Notes: generated by a model not told the origin, from the sequence alone. A DNA stretch of 64,000 bases from Obrimoposthia wandeli (GCA_977020255.1 CDROCS010005705.1:62001-126000), one strand, 5' to 3'. Counted from the stretch's first letter, positions 24,777 to 34,818 are shown. Made by a program: numbers and translations.

Positions 24777-26273
24777 TTAGCACTCTATAAATGTGTCCAG
24801 TTGATGAGCAATCAATTTTATTCCAGCACTTATTGATCGTGTCTCTATAGCTGAAAAGCCTAATTTGATGCAATTAGCAGCTTCAGATTCATCTAGATAA
24901 TATTGCTTGCCGATGTGAATCAATACTCCACAATCTAGGCATTTTTGTTGTAATTGTACAGCATCAACATGCTTTGGTAATTCACACCAAATAGATGATC
25001 CCTCACTTAGCTCGAATTTCAAAGATGGTAGCAACTTTTGAATATTATGATGAATTATGTCTCTGCGTTCTTTAAATGTTCTAGAGAGCCTTCGCAGTAA
25101 AGAATCATGATAGCCTTGGGCTAAAAACAAGGCGACGGCACGTTGATTATTTAGCGGTGGATGTTTTACCATCAGCTGACGTAATTTTTTTGCTTGCTCG
25201 ATAAGTTTAGATGGGCCCACCATAAAGCCAATTCTTAATCCAGGCGCTAGCGTTTTAGAAAGGCTTCCAATATAGATTACCCTATCGAGTATATCTAAAC
25301 TTTTCAAAGCCGGAATAGGCGTCGAAGCGTAGTTTATTTCCATTTCATAATCATCTTCAATGATTATAAAATCACTGGAATCAGCTTTACTAAGTAGGGC
25401 TTCTCGTCGGACTAAGGGCATTGTTGCCGTGGTAGGGCATTGATAGCTAGGGGTAGTATAGACTAGGTCACAATTATCAAGCTGTTCATTGATGCATAGA
25501 CCTTGTTTATCAATTTTTAAAGATAGCACTTTTGCTTTGAATAATTGAGCTGTATGTGCGGCACTTGTATATCCAGGCTGCTCTATACCAAAATTGCTGG
25601 TTTCATCTATAAGTAACTGCGCCAATATATAAATAGCTTGCTGTGACCCAATGGTAACTAATATTTGGTCTGAACTTACGTGTATACCTCGGTTAGGTAA
25701 AATCTTTTTTTGAATTTGATCGATAAGTAGTGGATCATCATTATCAAAATTATCTGAACTCCAGTGCTTTATAGCTTTGATGCTCGCAGCGTCACGCCAG
25801 CATTTACGCCAGTTCTCCCTAGGAAATAATTTTGAATCTAATTGCGCATAAACAAAAGGGTAAGGATATTTTTGCCAATCATTGAATAAATTATGCTTAG
25901 TTGAAAATATTTCAGATATTTTGAGCTTGCTTGGCCAGTAAATTTTTTTAGAAATTTCATCAGGGCAGTGTTCATCTGCTTTGCTTAAAGCTAATTTTCT
26001 TTGAGCTGTTATCTGTAATGCATTAAATTTTGGGTCTACAAAATAACCACACCGTTGCTTGGTTATTAAGTACCCATCGGCGGCAAGTTCTTCATACACT
26101 AGTACTATGGTATTTCTAGCAACCTTCAAAGATCTCGCAAGGCTTCTACTTGAAGGTAGAGCCTTATTTTCAGGAAAGTAATGGTCCAAAATTGCTTCCA
26201 CCAATTGCGCTCTAATCTGTTGCTGCAGTGTTGTGGTTTTAAGTTCTCTATTTAGATGAAATAGTGTCGACAT
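24777..26273 (-). CDS. MocR/GabR-family PLP-dependent regulator (TauR-like)
   Basis: GntR wHTH (LPSSRSLARSLKVARNT) plus aminotransferase-like domain with GSLSKTLAPGLR PLP lysine. Confidence 0.92.
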   Translation of the reverse strand: MSTLFHLNRELKTTTLQQQIRAQLVEAILDHYFPENKALPSSRSLARSLKVARNTIVLVYEELAADGYLITKQRCGYFVDPKFNALQITAQRKLALSKADEHCPDEISKKIYWPSKLKISEIFSTKHNLFNDWQKYPYPFVYAQLDSKLFPRENWRKCWRDAASIKAIKHWSSDNFDNDDPLLIDQIQKKILPNRGIHVSSDQILVTIGSQQAIYILAQLLIDETSNFGIEQPGYTSAAHTAQLFKAKVLSLKIDKQGLCINEQLDNCDLVYTTPSYQCPTTATMPLVRREALLSKADSSDFIIIEDDYEMEINYASTPIPALKSLDILDRVIYIGSLSKTLAPGLRIGFMVGPSKLIEQAKKLRQLMVKHPPLNNQRAVALFLAQGYHDSLLRRLSRTFKERRDIIHHNIQKLLPSLKFELSEGSSIWCELPKHVDAVQLQQKCLDCGVLIHIGKQYYLDESEAANCIKLGFSAIETRSISAGIKLIAHQLDTFIEC

Positions 26274-26339
26274 GTAATGACCTTAATTAGAAATTCTGTC
26301 AATGAAAATTATAAAACATTAACTTCATTTATATCATAA

Positions 26340-26358
26340 ATGAGACTAAAAGTTTCGT
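26340..26358. promoter_or_regulatory. Candidate IclR operator upstream of the GMC gene
   Basis: ATGAGAC-TAAAA-GTTTCGT; same 7-5-7 motif as at 29062 and 29296. Confidence 0.55.
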
Positions 26359-26580
26359 TAAAGCCTAATTAAGTTGTAATTATGTTTAAAAAATACAATA
26401 CTATCGATATTGGAATATTTGTTTCTGATAAATGACGTGACAGTAGTTGATAGTTTTTTGGTCAATTTACTTTTTGGCCTAAATAGCTGAAGTTTGCTAT
26501 TGATGAGAATTATCTTTTTAGTTTTCGATAGATTATTTATTTCTCAATTGAAGTAAGTTATCAAAGCAGCTGGTATTAAA

Positions 26581-28197
26581 ATGTCTCTTGAACAAACATA
26601 TGATTATATAGTAGTAGGTGGAGGGTCAGCAGGTTGTGTTATGGCCAATCGACTTTCAGAAAACCCAGAACACAACGTGCTTCTTTTAGAGGCAGGAAAT
26701 AGAGATTGGAATCCGTGGATCCATATCCCTATCGGCTATTTTAAAATCATGCATAATCCCAAAACGGATTGGTGTTACGTTACCGAAAAAGATGCAGGGA
26801 TTAATAATCGTCAAATAGAGTGGCCAAGGGGGAAAGTGTTGGGCGGTTCGAGCTCTCTCAATGGGTTGTTATACGTTCGCGGCCAGCGCGAAGATTACAA
26901 TGATTGGGCAGCTTTAGGTAACAGAGGTTGGTCTTATGAGGATGTATTGCCGTATTTTAAAAAATCTGAAAATCAAGAGCGTGGTGCCAGTAAGTATCAT
27001 GGTGTAGGGGGGCCTCTTGCGGTTTCAAATATTAAAATTCATCGTGAGTTGTGTGATAAATTTATAGATGCAGCGCAACAAGTCGGTATTCCTCGTAATG
27101 ATGATAGTAATGGTGAATCTCAAGAAGGGGTAGGCTATTTCCAGCTAACTCTAAATCAAAATGGCACTCGTTGTAGCACAGCCGTTGGTTTTTTGAAACC
27201 GGCAAGAAAGCGCAAAAACTTAACGGTTAAAACCAATGCTTTAGTGCAGCGAGTTGAGTTTGAAGTGAGAAAAGCAGTTGCGGTGATTGTTCAGATAAAA
27301 GGTACTGAACAGCGAATTGCCTGTTCAGGTGAGATAGTGTTAAGTGCAGGTGCTATAAACTCTCCACAAACCTTAATGTTATCGGGCATCGGTGATGCGA
27401 AGGAGTTGGCAGAGCATAATATTGCCTGTATTAGGAATTTACCAGGTGTTGGGAAAAACTTACAAGATCACTTACAAATTCGCACTATTTATAAAGTAAA
27501 TAAACCCATTACTTTAAACGATGAAGTTAATAATCCAATACGCAAGATCGGAATGGGTTTGGAATATGCAATGTTTCGTACAGGTCCTCTGACTATGGCG
27601 GCAAGCCAGGTATGCATATTTACTAAAACAGATCAAAAAATGACGCGCCCTGATATACAGTTTCATTTACAACCGCTTAGTGCTGATAAGCCTGCCGATG
27701 GTACGCATAAGTTTTCCGCCTTCACGGCGTCGGTGTGTCAGTTAAGACCAACAAGTACTGGTCATATAGCACTTAAAAGCAGTAACCCTAGTGAGCATCC
27801 TAGTATTTATCCAAACTATTTAGCCACGCTAGAAGATCAATTAACCGCAATTGAAGCGATTAAAATAACTAGAGATATTATGGATGCGCCGGCGCTTAAG
27901 CCCTTAATTGCAAAAGAACATGAGCCAGGCATTGAGCATCAAACTGATGAGGCCTTATTAGAGTATGCGCGTAATCGCGCGACCACTATTTATCACCCTA
28001 CTGGTACTTGTAAGATGGGCAATGATGAAATGGCAGTGGTTGACGATCGTTTACGTGTTATTGGTATATCTGGATTGAGGGTTGTTGACGCTTCAATCAT
28101 GCCCATTATCGTATCGGGTAATACTAATGCCCCAACCATTATGATTGCGGAAAAGGCTGCTGATATGATTAAAGAAGATGCTAAGGCTAATAAATAG
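26581..28197 (+). CDS. GMC-family FAD oxidoreductase (choline dehydrogenase-like; possibly isethionate dehydrogenase IseJ-type)
   Basis: GGGSAG, PRGKVLGGSSSLNG, YHPTGTCKMG, GNTNAPTIMIAEK. Confidence 0.9.
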   Translation: MSLEQTYDYIVVGGGSAGCVMANRLSENPEHNVLLLEAGNRDWNPWIHIPIGYFKIMHNPKTDWCYVTEKDAGINNRQIEWPRGKVLGGSSSLNGLLYVRGQREDYNDWAALGNRGWSYEDVLPYFKKSENQERGASKYHGVGGPLAVSNIKIHRELCDKFIDAAQQVGIPRNDDSNGESQEGVGYFQLTLNQNGTRCSTAVGFLKPARKRKNLTVKTNALVQRVEFEVRKAVAVIVQIKGTEQRIACSGEIVLSAGAINSPQTLMLSGIGDAKELAEHNIACIRNLPGVGKNLQDHLQIRTIYKVNKPITLNDEVNNPIRKIGMGLEYAMFRTGPLTMAASQVCIFTKTDQKMTRPDIQFHLQPLSADKPADGTHKFSAFTASVCQLRPTSTGHIALKSSNPSEHPSIYPNYLATLEDQLTAIEAIKITRDIMDAPALKPLIAKEHEPGIEHQTDEALLEYARNRATTIYHPTGTCKMGNDEMAVVDDRLRVIGISGLRVVDASIMPIIVSGNTNAPTIMIAEKAADMIKEDAKANK

Positions 28198-28211
28198 CTA
28201 GAAGGTTCTAC

Positions 28212-28239
28212 GCTCTGTATTTTCGCTACAGAGCTTTTT
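28212..28239 (+). terminator. Intrinsic terminator after the GMC gene
   Basis: GCTCTGTA-TTTTCGC-TACAGAGC-TTTTT. Confidence 0.75.
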
Positions 28240-28249
28240 AATATATAAG

Positions 28250-29026
28250 TTATAGTTCTTCCATTAAATCTGCTAAATCCTGGGCAGCTTCGCGCATTAA
28301 GGGGATGTTTAATAGAGCTTGGTCTAACGTGACACGTGCGGTTGGTGCATGCATTGCCAGTACGGCAAATAAACGTTGTTGCCTATCTCTAATAGGCACT
28401 GATACCGCAATCATGCCTTTAAAAAACTCTTCGTCATCTATGCCTATTTGTTGTTTTCGTGTTTTTGATAATTCTGGTTTCAAGGATTGCACGCTAGTAA
28501 GCGTATTTTCAGTATATTCAGTCAAAGGTAATCGTTGTAATAAGCGGGATCTTTGTACGCTACTAAGTTCACTTAAAAATAATTTACCACTGGCGGTACA
28601 GTGTAATGGAACTTTGTCATTAACTTGTAACTGCACCCTTAATGGCCAGTGAGTTTCTACGCGATCAAAGTAAATGCTTTGATCACCATCCAGCACTGCA
28701 ATGTTACACGTTTCGCCTAACTTGCCAGATAAATTCTCCAAAACTCGGTGGCGCTGTGCTCTTTGGAAATCATTGTTACTTAAAACGCTTAAGGCAATGC
28801 TGTTGAGTTTTTTCCCACAAACAAAACCGCGCCCATCTAACCTAGCTTGTAGGAATCCATCATCAACTAATTGCGCACATAGCCGGTGAATCGTAGGCTT
28901 TGGCAATTTTAAATGGCGGTTAATTTCCGTTGCAGTAATTGCTTGGCTGGCTGCAGCGACGATCTCGAGAATTTGTAAAACTCGTTGTATAGATGAGTTT
29001 GAGGTTTTGCTTGGTTCATTTAACAT
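28250..29026 (-). CDS. IclR-family regulator
   Basis: HTH SSIQRVLQILE...LPKPTIHRL, PLHCTASGK; start probably ATG at 29026 rather than 29080. Confidence 0.92.
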   Translation of the reverse strand: MLNEPSKTSNSSIQRVLQILEIVAAASQAITATEINRHLKLPKPTIHRLCAQLVDDGFLQARLDGRGFVCGKKLNSIALSVLSNNDFQRAQRHRVLENLSGKLGETCNIAVLDGDQSIYFDRVETHWPLRVQLQVNDKVPLHCTASGKLFLSELSSVQRSRLLQRLPLTEYTENTLTSVQSLKPELSKTRKQQIGIDDEEFFKGMIAVSVPIRDRQQRLFAVLAMHAPTARVTLDQALLNIPLMREAAQDLADLMEEL

Positions 29027-29061
29027 CAGGTTTGTGAGCTCGTAAGATTTAATAGCATGGT

Positions 29062-29080
29062 ACGATATAAAAAGTCTCAT
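29062..29080. promoter_or_regulatory. Candidate IclR operator near the IclR start
   Basis: ACGATAT-AAAAA-GTCTCAT. Confidence 0.55.
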
Positions 29081-29295
29081 TTATATAAATATATGTAATG
29101 TTTTAAAAAGGATTAGAAAAAACATTTAATTAGTAAAAAAAAATTATTAGATCGCTTTGAGAGTGGTAAATCAATAATGACAGCTATAGAGGTGAGAGAC
29201 GGTAAGGCTTGTGGGAAATTGAGTGATATTTTGAAAAAAAAATAAATTATGATTATTCTTTTATTATTTGAAATAAAGTTTCATAATTTCTCTTA

Positions 29296-29314
29296 ATGAG
29301 ACTTTTATTATCAA
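29296..29314. promoter_or_regulatory. Candidate IclR operator upstream of the TRAP operon
   Basis: ATGAGAC-TTTTA-TTATCAA, preceded by an extra half-site GTTTCAT (29278-29284). Confidence 0.5.
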
Positions 29315-29403
29315 TAAATGCTTGATTTAGCTTTTTCAGTATGGTTTTATTAAGAGAAGGTAAACTCCCAAATTGGGTCCAATAAAAATAAAAGGATATA
29401 AAA

Positions 29404-30651
29404 ATGGAGAAGAAAATAATAACTTCAAGTTCAGATGATATTGGAGTTTCGCGACGCGATTTCTTTCGAGTCGCTTCTGTTTTTGGTATGAGTTCCACTA
29501 TCATGGCCGCGACAGCATTAGGAACATTTACATTACCTCAGTTGGCGCAAGCTTCAGAAGCGAAGGCTAAAAAACGTTTTAAAAAACCAGCGAAACACAC
29601 CCTTACTTTTGGTGCTTCCGGCTTTAATGAAAATAACTTGCTAATTGAACGTGCTGGATGCCTCGATTTTCTTAAAGATATCGAAGATCGAAGTGATGGC
29701 GAAATTCGTGTGGAGTTTATCGGTGATAATCAAATCTGTGGCCAGCTCAATTGTGTTAAAAAAACTCAGCAAGGCATCATTCAAATGTTCACGGCCTCAA
29801 CGCAGAACTCTGCAGGTGGTGCACCATATTTGAATGTTTTAGATTACGCATATATGTTCCCTACGCGTGCATCGCAATATCATTTCTTATATCACCCAGA
29901 TAGCCAAAAATTATTACGCGAACCACTGCGTAAGCGTCATGGCTTAGAGTTCTTGTTTTCACACTGCGAATTACGTGGATTGCAAATGGGATTAGGCTGG
30001 AAAGATAAGCCATTGATCACCAGTATAGATGAGTTAAAAGGCACTAAAAATCGGGTTACCGGTACTCAGCTAGGCCGCATTGCCATGCAGTTACTGGAAT
30101 TGAATCCTGTACCGATTGCCTGGTCAGAAACGTTGGATGGTTTAAAACAAGGGCTCATTGATGGCGCTGAGACCTGGGCTGGTGCCGTTGCTTATGCAAA
30201 CATGTCGCCAGTAGTCTCTCAATCTGTTGATTTACGTTTCTTCTGTGGCACAGAAGCAACCATGATGGATGCAAGACAGTTCGACAGTTTTAGCGGTGAA
30301 TTACAAGATGCGGTTCTTGAATCTGCATATTTCACACAAGTAAAGATTCAAGCTGCGCAAGAAGCGGCATTAGTTAATACTGTAGGTGCAACTAATCCAT
30401 CGTTACCAGGGACTTTGTTTGCTAAACACGGTGTTAGAGTGGCTAGTTTATCAGATGCTGAACGTGCTAAAGCTGAAAGAATATGTGCGCCTGAGTTTAA
30501 TCCTGAGCCTTGGGAAAAATGGCGCGGGCGTATAGATAAATGGTCAGGTGGCCTAGATACGTATGGTTCTATCCACAAAATAGCGCGTGAGATCCCACTA
30601 GATACTTTAGCTGAAAATGTTGAAACTAGACGTTGGTGGAAAGACGCTTAA
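29404..30651 (+). CDS. TRAP transporter solute-binding protein (DctP family) with Tat signal
   Basis: SRRDFF twin-arginine motif; NPVPIAWSETLDGLKQGLIDG. Confidence 0.9.
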   Translation: MEKKIITSSSDDIGVSRRDFFRVASVFGMSSTIMAATALGTFTLPQLAQASEAKAKKRFKKPAKHTLTFGASGFNENNLLIERAGCLDFLKDIEDRSDGEIRVEFIGDNQICGQLNCVKKTQQGIIQMFTASTQNSAGGAPYLNVLDYAYMFPTRASQYHFLYHPDSQKLLREPLRKRHGLEFLFSHCELRGLQMGLGWKDKPLITSIDELKGTKNRVTGTQLGRIAMQLLELNPVPIAWSETLDGLKQGLIDGAETWAGAVAYANMSPVVSQSVDLRFFCGTEATMMDARQFDSFSGELQDAVLESAYFTQVKIQAAQEAALVNTVGATNPSLPGTLFAKHGVRVASLSDAERAKAERICAPEFNPEPWEKWRGRIDKWSGGLDTYGSIHKIAREIPLDTLAENVETRRWWKDA

Positions 30652-30798
30652 CTATAAGTCTAAACAAGTAGGAGGCTCTATTAAGTGCTGGATTGCTCAG
30701 TATTGATATTTTGCTATATCAGTTACTTAATTTACGCTTATGGGGAAGTTCGCTTCCCCTTTGTTTTTTTAAAGCTATATTTTTAGGAGGCGCAAGTA

Positions 30799-31323
30799 AT
30801 GACCATTGGTGGTTCACTTCGCTATGCAGAGCGCAATATAGAAAAATTCATCATCCTTATTTCTTATGGGTCGATGGCGGGCATCATATTTGTCGAAGTT
30901 ATACGACGTTTCTTTTTTAATCAGCAAGCACCTTGGAGTACCACCATCCCCATCTACTTATTTTTGTGGCTGACATGGATGGGGGCTTCTTACAATACTA
31001 TGCGACGCTCACATTTAAGGTTTTCAGAGTTTAGAGAGCGCTTTTCTTACAGGGGTAAATTCTACTGTTTGCTGTTAGATGCACTTTGTTGGTTTGCTCT
31101 AGGGATCATCGTTATCTTTTACGCGGTTCAGCAAGTTTATATCTCATACGACAACTTTGCGATAGTACAAGGTACGGATGATGTCATGCAATGGTGGTTT
31201 TATATGGCAACGCCAGTAGCTTGGGGATTATTACTGGTCAGAGTATTACAGAACTTAAAAAAAGATATAACAGATTATCGTGCTGGTCTGCCATTAGTTA
31301 CCCAAGCGGCATTGTTTGATTAA
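30799..31323 (+). CDS. TRAP small permease (DctQ)
   Basis: Four TM segments, EVIRRFFF..APWS, position between DctP and DctM. Confidence 0.9.
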   Translation: MTIGGSLRYAERNIEKFIILISYGSMAGIIFVEVIRRFFFNQQAPWSTTIPIYLFLWLTWMGASYNTMRRSHLRFSEFRERFSYRGKFYCLLLDALCWFALGIIVIFYAVQQVYISYDNFAIVQGTDDVMQWWFYMATPVAWGLLLVRVLQNLKKDITDYRAGLPLVTQAALFD

Positions 31324-31333
31324 GGAGTACCAT

Positions 31334-32608
31334 ATGGACGGTTTTTTAATAAGCTTGATCAGCCTAGCGGTAACGGCACTATTTGTGATTGGTGTACCTA
31401 TTTTTTTAGTCATATCACTTTGGGTGGTAGGCGTAAGTTTAGTGATTGATTTTACTTTAGCGAATGTAGGCGTAACTTTACATGAAGGCTTAAGCTTTTA
31501 CGGGTTATTAGCGTTGCCACTGTTTATCTTAACGGGAGATTTAATCAATGCTGCCGGTATTGCAAAACGATTATCAGATTTTGCCTACAGCTGCTTAAGC
31601 TGGTTGCACGGTGGTTTAGGTATGGCGTCACTAGGTGCATGTGGCATGTTTGCTGCCATTTCAGGATCCAACTCGGCCACTACCGCTACCATTGGCGGTA
31701 TTATGCACCCTGAAATGGTCAAGGGGAATTACGATAGTAAGTTTGCAGCAGCGACCATCGCAGCCGGTGGCACCGTAGGGATTATTATTCCGCCGAGTAT
31801 CATCTTTATTGTGTATGGTTTCATGATGAATTTGCCTATCGGCGACCTATTCATGGCGGGACTTATTCCTGGTGTGCTTATGGTTATTGCGATGCAATTG
31901 GTTTGTTATTTTATTTGTCGTAAAAATAAATGGGGTATATTACAGCCGTTTAAACTTAAAAAAGCCGCCAAGGCTGGCATGCGTGCTTGGTTGGGTTTTT
32001 TAGCGATAGGCATTGTGCTGTGGGGGATATATTCAGGTGCGTTCTCTCCAACCGAAGCGGCTGGTATTACTACCGGTTTCTGCTTGTTAGCGGGGGTATT
32101 AGTGACTCGGGAGATTAAGATCTCGGCAATTCCTGCAATTATGATGCGCTCAGGTCAAATTACGGGTATGTTAGCGCCGCTGATTGCAATCTCTATTGTA
32201 ATGCAGCAGGTGTTGTCACTATTAGGCGCCAAGGAATTTATTACTGATGTGATAAATATGCTCGGTGGTTATTATCCGATATTGTTTGCCTGCCTATTAT
32301 TAGTTTTAATTGCGGGCACTGTCTTAGAAAGCTTGCCGAATACTATTATTTTAGCGCCTATTTTAGCGCCTATTGCAGCAAGCATTGGAGTTGATCCTAT
32401 TCATTTTGCGGTATTGTTCTTGATAGGGGATGCGATTGGTTTTATCACTCCGCCTTACGGACTTAATCTCTATGTCGCAAGTAGTATGACAGGGATTCCC
32501 TATTTGCAATTAGTTCGCTCAACCCTTCCTTATCTATATGCGCTATTGGCAACTTGGATGTTAGTTGCTTATTTCCCTGCACTGAGTTTATGGATGCTAT
32601 CTTTTTAA
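31334..32608 (+). CDS. TRAP large permease (DctM)
   Basis: AISGSNSAT, IIPPSI, ITPPYGLNLYV; SD AAGGAG before ATG 31334. Confidence 0.93.
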   Translation: MDGFLISLISLAVTALFVIGVPIFLVISLWVVGVSLVIDFTLANVGVTLHEGLSFYGLLALPLFILTGDLINAAGIAKRLSDFAYSCLSWLHGGLGMASLGACGMFAAISGSNSATTATIGGIMHPEMVKGNYDSKFAAATIAAGGTVGIIIPPSIIFIVYGFMMNLPIGDLFMAGLIPGVLMVIAMQLVCYFICRKNKWGILQPFKLKKAAKAGMRAWLGFLAIGIVLWGIYSGAFSPTEAAGITTGFCLLAGVLVTREIKISAIPAIMMRSGQITGMLAPLIAISIVMQQVLSLLGAKEFITDVINMLGGYYPILFACLLLVLIAGTVLESLPNTIILAPILAPIAASIGVDPIHFAVLFLIGDAIGFITPPYGLNLYVASSMTGIPYLQLVRSTLPYLYALLATWMLVAYFPALSLWMLSF

Positions 32609-33192
32609 ATACGCAAACTAGCCTTTCATATGAGAGGCTTTTAAGCTTATATAATTTAAATGTTATTGAAAAATACGATTTTTCTATCAACGTATAACCT
32701 TAATTCGCTATTTACCAAAAGTACTGATGTATGCGGCTGACTCATTTTTCAAGATCTATTGAAAATAGTTAGTTGCATTGTTAACCAGCGGTTATGTATT
32801 ACTAGCTTTGAGCAATTGTTAGCATTGTGTTAATAACTACTTTGCACCTACTGTGAAATAGATTCTTTTACTTGTAATTACTTATGTAACTTAAACAGCC
32901 AATTATTAATCATTGCAGCTGAGCCAGTCATGCTGATATTGAGTGAATATGCGGGTATATCTTATGGTTCGATCAATATTGCATAGGCTATAACAGTGCG
33001 TAGCGTATGACTAAATAACACTTAAGAAACTATTAAATTGCAGGTTTTTAACAATGTTGCTAGAACAGAGCATTACGCATGCATTAATTTGGCGAAGTAT
33101 AAGTTCTGTAATCGCCCATTGGAAAAGCCTGATCGCTATAAATGACGACTATAGTAGCAAGTAAGTTTTAAGCCGTTAGGTTAAGAAAATTT

Positions 33193-33318
33193 AAAAAAAG
33201 GGGCTACCCAAGATGGGTAGCCAAAAATGACAAGAACCGTGTACTCATATTAACCAGAATGTAGTTAATAAGAGAGGTGAAGATAACTTAATGATAGAAA
33301 TTGAGTTATCTTGCGAGC
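33193..33318 (-). ncRNA. Candidate Fur-regulated PrrF/RyhB-like small RNA (~125 nt)
   Basis: Minus-strand promoter with embedded Fur box, 5' hairpin, CU-rich anti-SD seed, terminator GGCTACCCA-TCT-TGGGTAGCC plus T7; no ORF. Confidence 0.6.
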
Positions 33319-33324
33319 TAAATA

Positions 33325-33353
33325 ATAGTAATGCAATTGAGAATGATTAGCAA
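33325..33353 (-). promoter_or_regulatory. Sigma70 promoter overlapping a Fur box
   Basis: TTGCTA-17bp-TACTAT on the minus strand; plus strand reads GCAATTGAGAATGATTAGCAAT. Confidence 0.65.
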
Positions 33354-34077
33354 TAGTATTTGATTGTAAATTCTGAATGTTGTTATCCCATTTTAGCTAT
33401 ATGCCATTGAGCCTGCTAGGCATCGTTTATCAACCATAGAGATACTGGTTGCTGCTTCCTATTCGCTAGGTAGACTTATTGGATAGCTAATCAGGATTGG
33501 TGGAATGACTTAAATTCTAGCCTTATCTAGTGTTGTGATGAAATCAGTGATGAGTGATTAATGCTAAATTTTTAAAGACTATTAAGCATGGAGTGCACAG
33601 GAAAAATGAATATCTGCGTTATTTACTTCGCGGATTTAAACTCAAAACCCATCACTGTTTAAACCACTAGCGCAGCACTAAGTTCAGGCACTCAATCATC
33701 TGGCAGTCTAAAAGACCTAGTTTTCAGGTCAAGTATTCAACCTTTTCCCGTATCGCTGCACCGTTATTTGTATTGTCAGGTGTGCCAACTAGCTGCTGGC
33801 TGGGTGTTTTGCCAACAATTGAATCGCTAGCGTTGCTGTTGTTGTTTTTGGCTTTGCCAATTGCACTACTAGTGTTGAGCAGCAAGAATGCAGCTAGGCA
33901 ATCTATTGCTTAATACCAAAAGTATGTAAGTGATTATGAATGACTTTATAGGGCGTTGATATCGTTGGTGCGTGTAATGAGTTTGGTGATTAATTAGCTT
34001 ATGAATTGTAACTGATTGTTCTTTAAGATTAGCAGGTCTAAAATGAATGGCTTCAGCGTAGCCTAAGTGAATAATTT

Positions 34078-34791
34078 ATGTCAGTGACTCAGCCTGTTTA
34101 CCTGCAATTACGTCGTCAATTGCTGTTGTGGATTAACGAAAAGAAATTAGCTAGCCAAGAGAAGCTCCCTGCCGAACGCGAGTTAGCGACACTGTTTAGT
34201 ACAACGCGTGTCACATTGCGACAGGCATTATCCCAATTGGAAGCAGAAGGCGTTATCTATCGATCAAATCGGCGTGGTTGGTTTGTTACTCCCAGTCGCC
34301 TAGAGTATGACCCAAGTCGTGATGTTGGATTTAATATTTACGTAAAATCCCAAGGCTTTGTGCCGCGTACAGAAACTATCATCAAATCTTTGATTGAGAC
34401 TCCTGCTTGGTTAGCTAAAAAGTGTAGCTTAGTAGAAGGCGATCCAATTTATCATTTTGTTAGGCGTCGCTATGTGGATGAGCGCGCTCTGCTTATTGAG
34501 CACAACTTTATAAATGCAGCTAGCTGTACTGACTTACTCGCTAAAGATACAGATGATTCGCTGTGGAAATTACTTGACAGTGAATATCAACTACGGCCGA
34601 CAAAACGCAAGATCGAAATATATCCACAGGCAATAATTGCTGATGAAGCACAGTGGTTAAATGTAAATACAGGCAGTGCAGGGCTTTATCTTGAGCGTAT
34701 TAGTTATGCGCAGCAGGGCCAGTTTCTAGAATTTGATCAAGAGTACTGGTTGCATGATGCTTTAAAATTGGTAGTTAATGTTAAAGATTAA
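34078..34791 (+). CDS. GntR/HutC (UTRA) regulator, PhnR-like
   Basis: KLPAERELA..F.TTRVTLRQAL...RRGWFV HTH plus UTRA domain; sits next to phnX. Confidence 0.88.
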   Translation: MSVTQPVYLQLRRQLLLWINEKKLASQEKLPAERELATLFSTTRVTLRQALSQLEAEGVIYRSNRRGWFVTPSRLEYDPSRDVGFNIYVKSQGFVPRTETIIKSLIETPAWLAKKCSLVEGDPIYHFVRRRYVDERALLIEHNFINAASCTDLLAKDTDDSLWKLLDSEYQLRPTKRKIEIYPQAIIADEAQWLNVNTGSAGLYLERISYAQQGQFLEFDQEYWLHDALKLVVNVKD

Positions 34792-34806
34792 ATAATATTT
34801 TTAAAT

Positions 34807-34818
34807 TGGTATATACCA
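34807..34818. promoter_or_regulatory. PhnR/PhnF-type operator
   Basis: Perfect palindrome TGGTATATACCA upstream of HAD-phnX. Confidence 0.7.

Noticed and set aside
26455-26580. TTTTGG(T/C)C repeats and CTGGTATTAA as MocR/TauR sites
   Set aside because: Poor match and irregular spacing in AT-rich DNA
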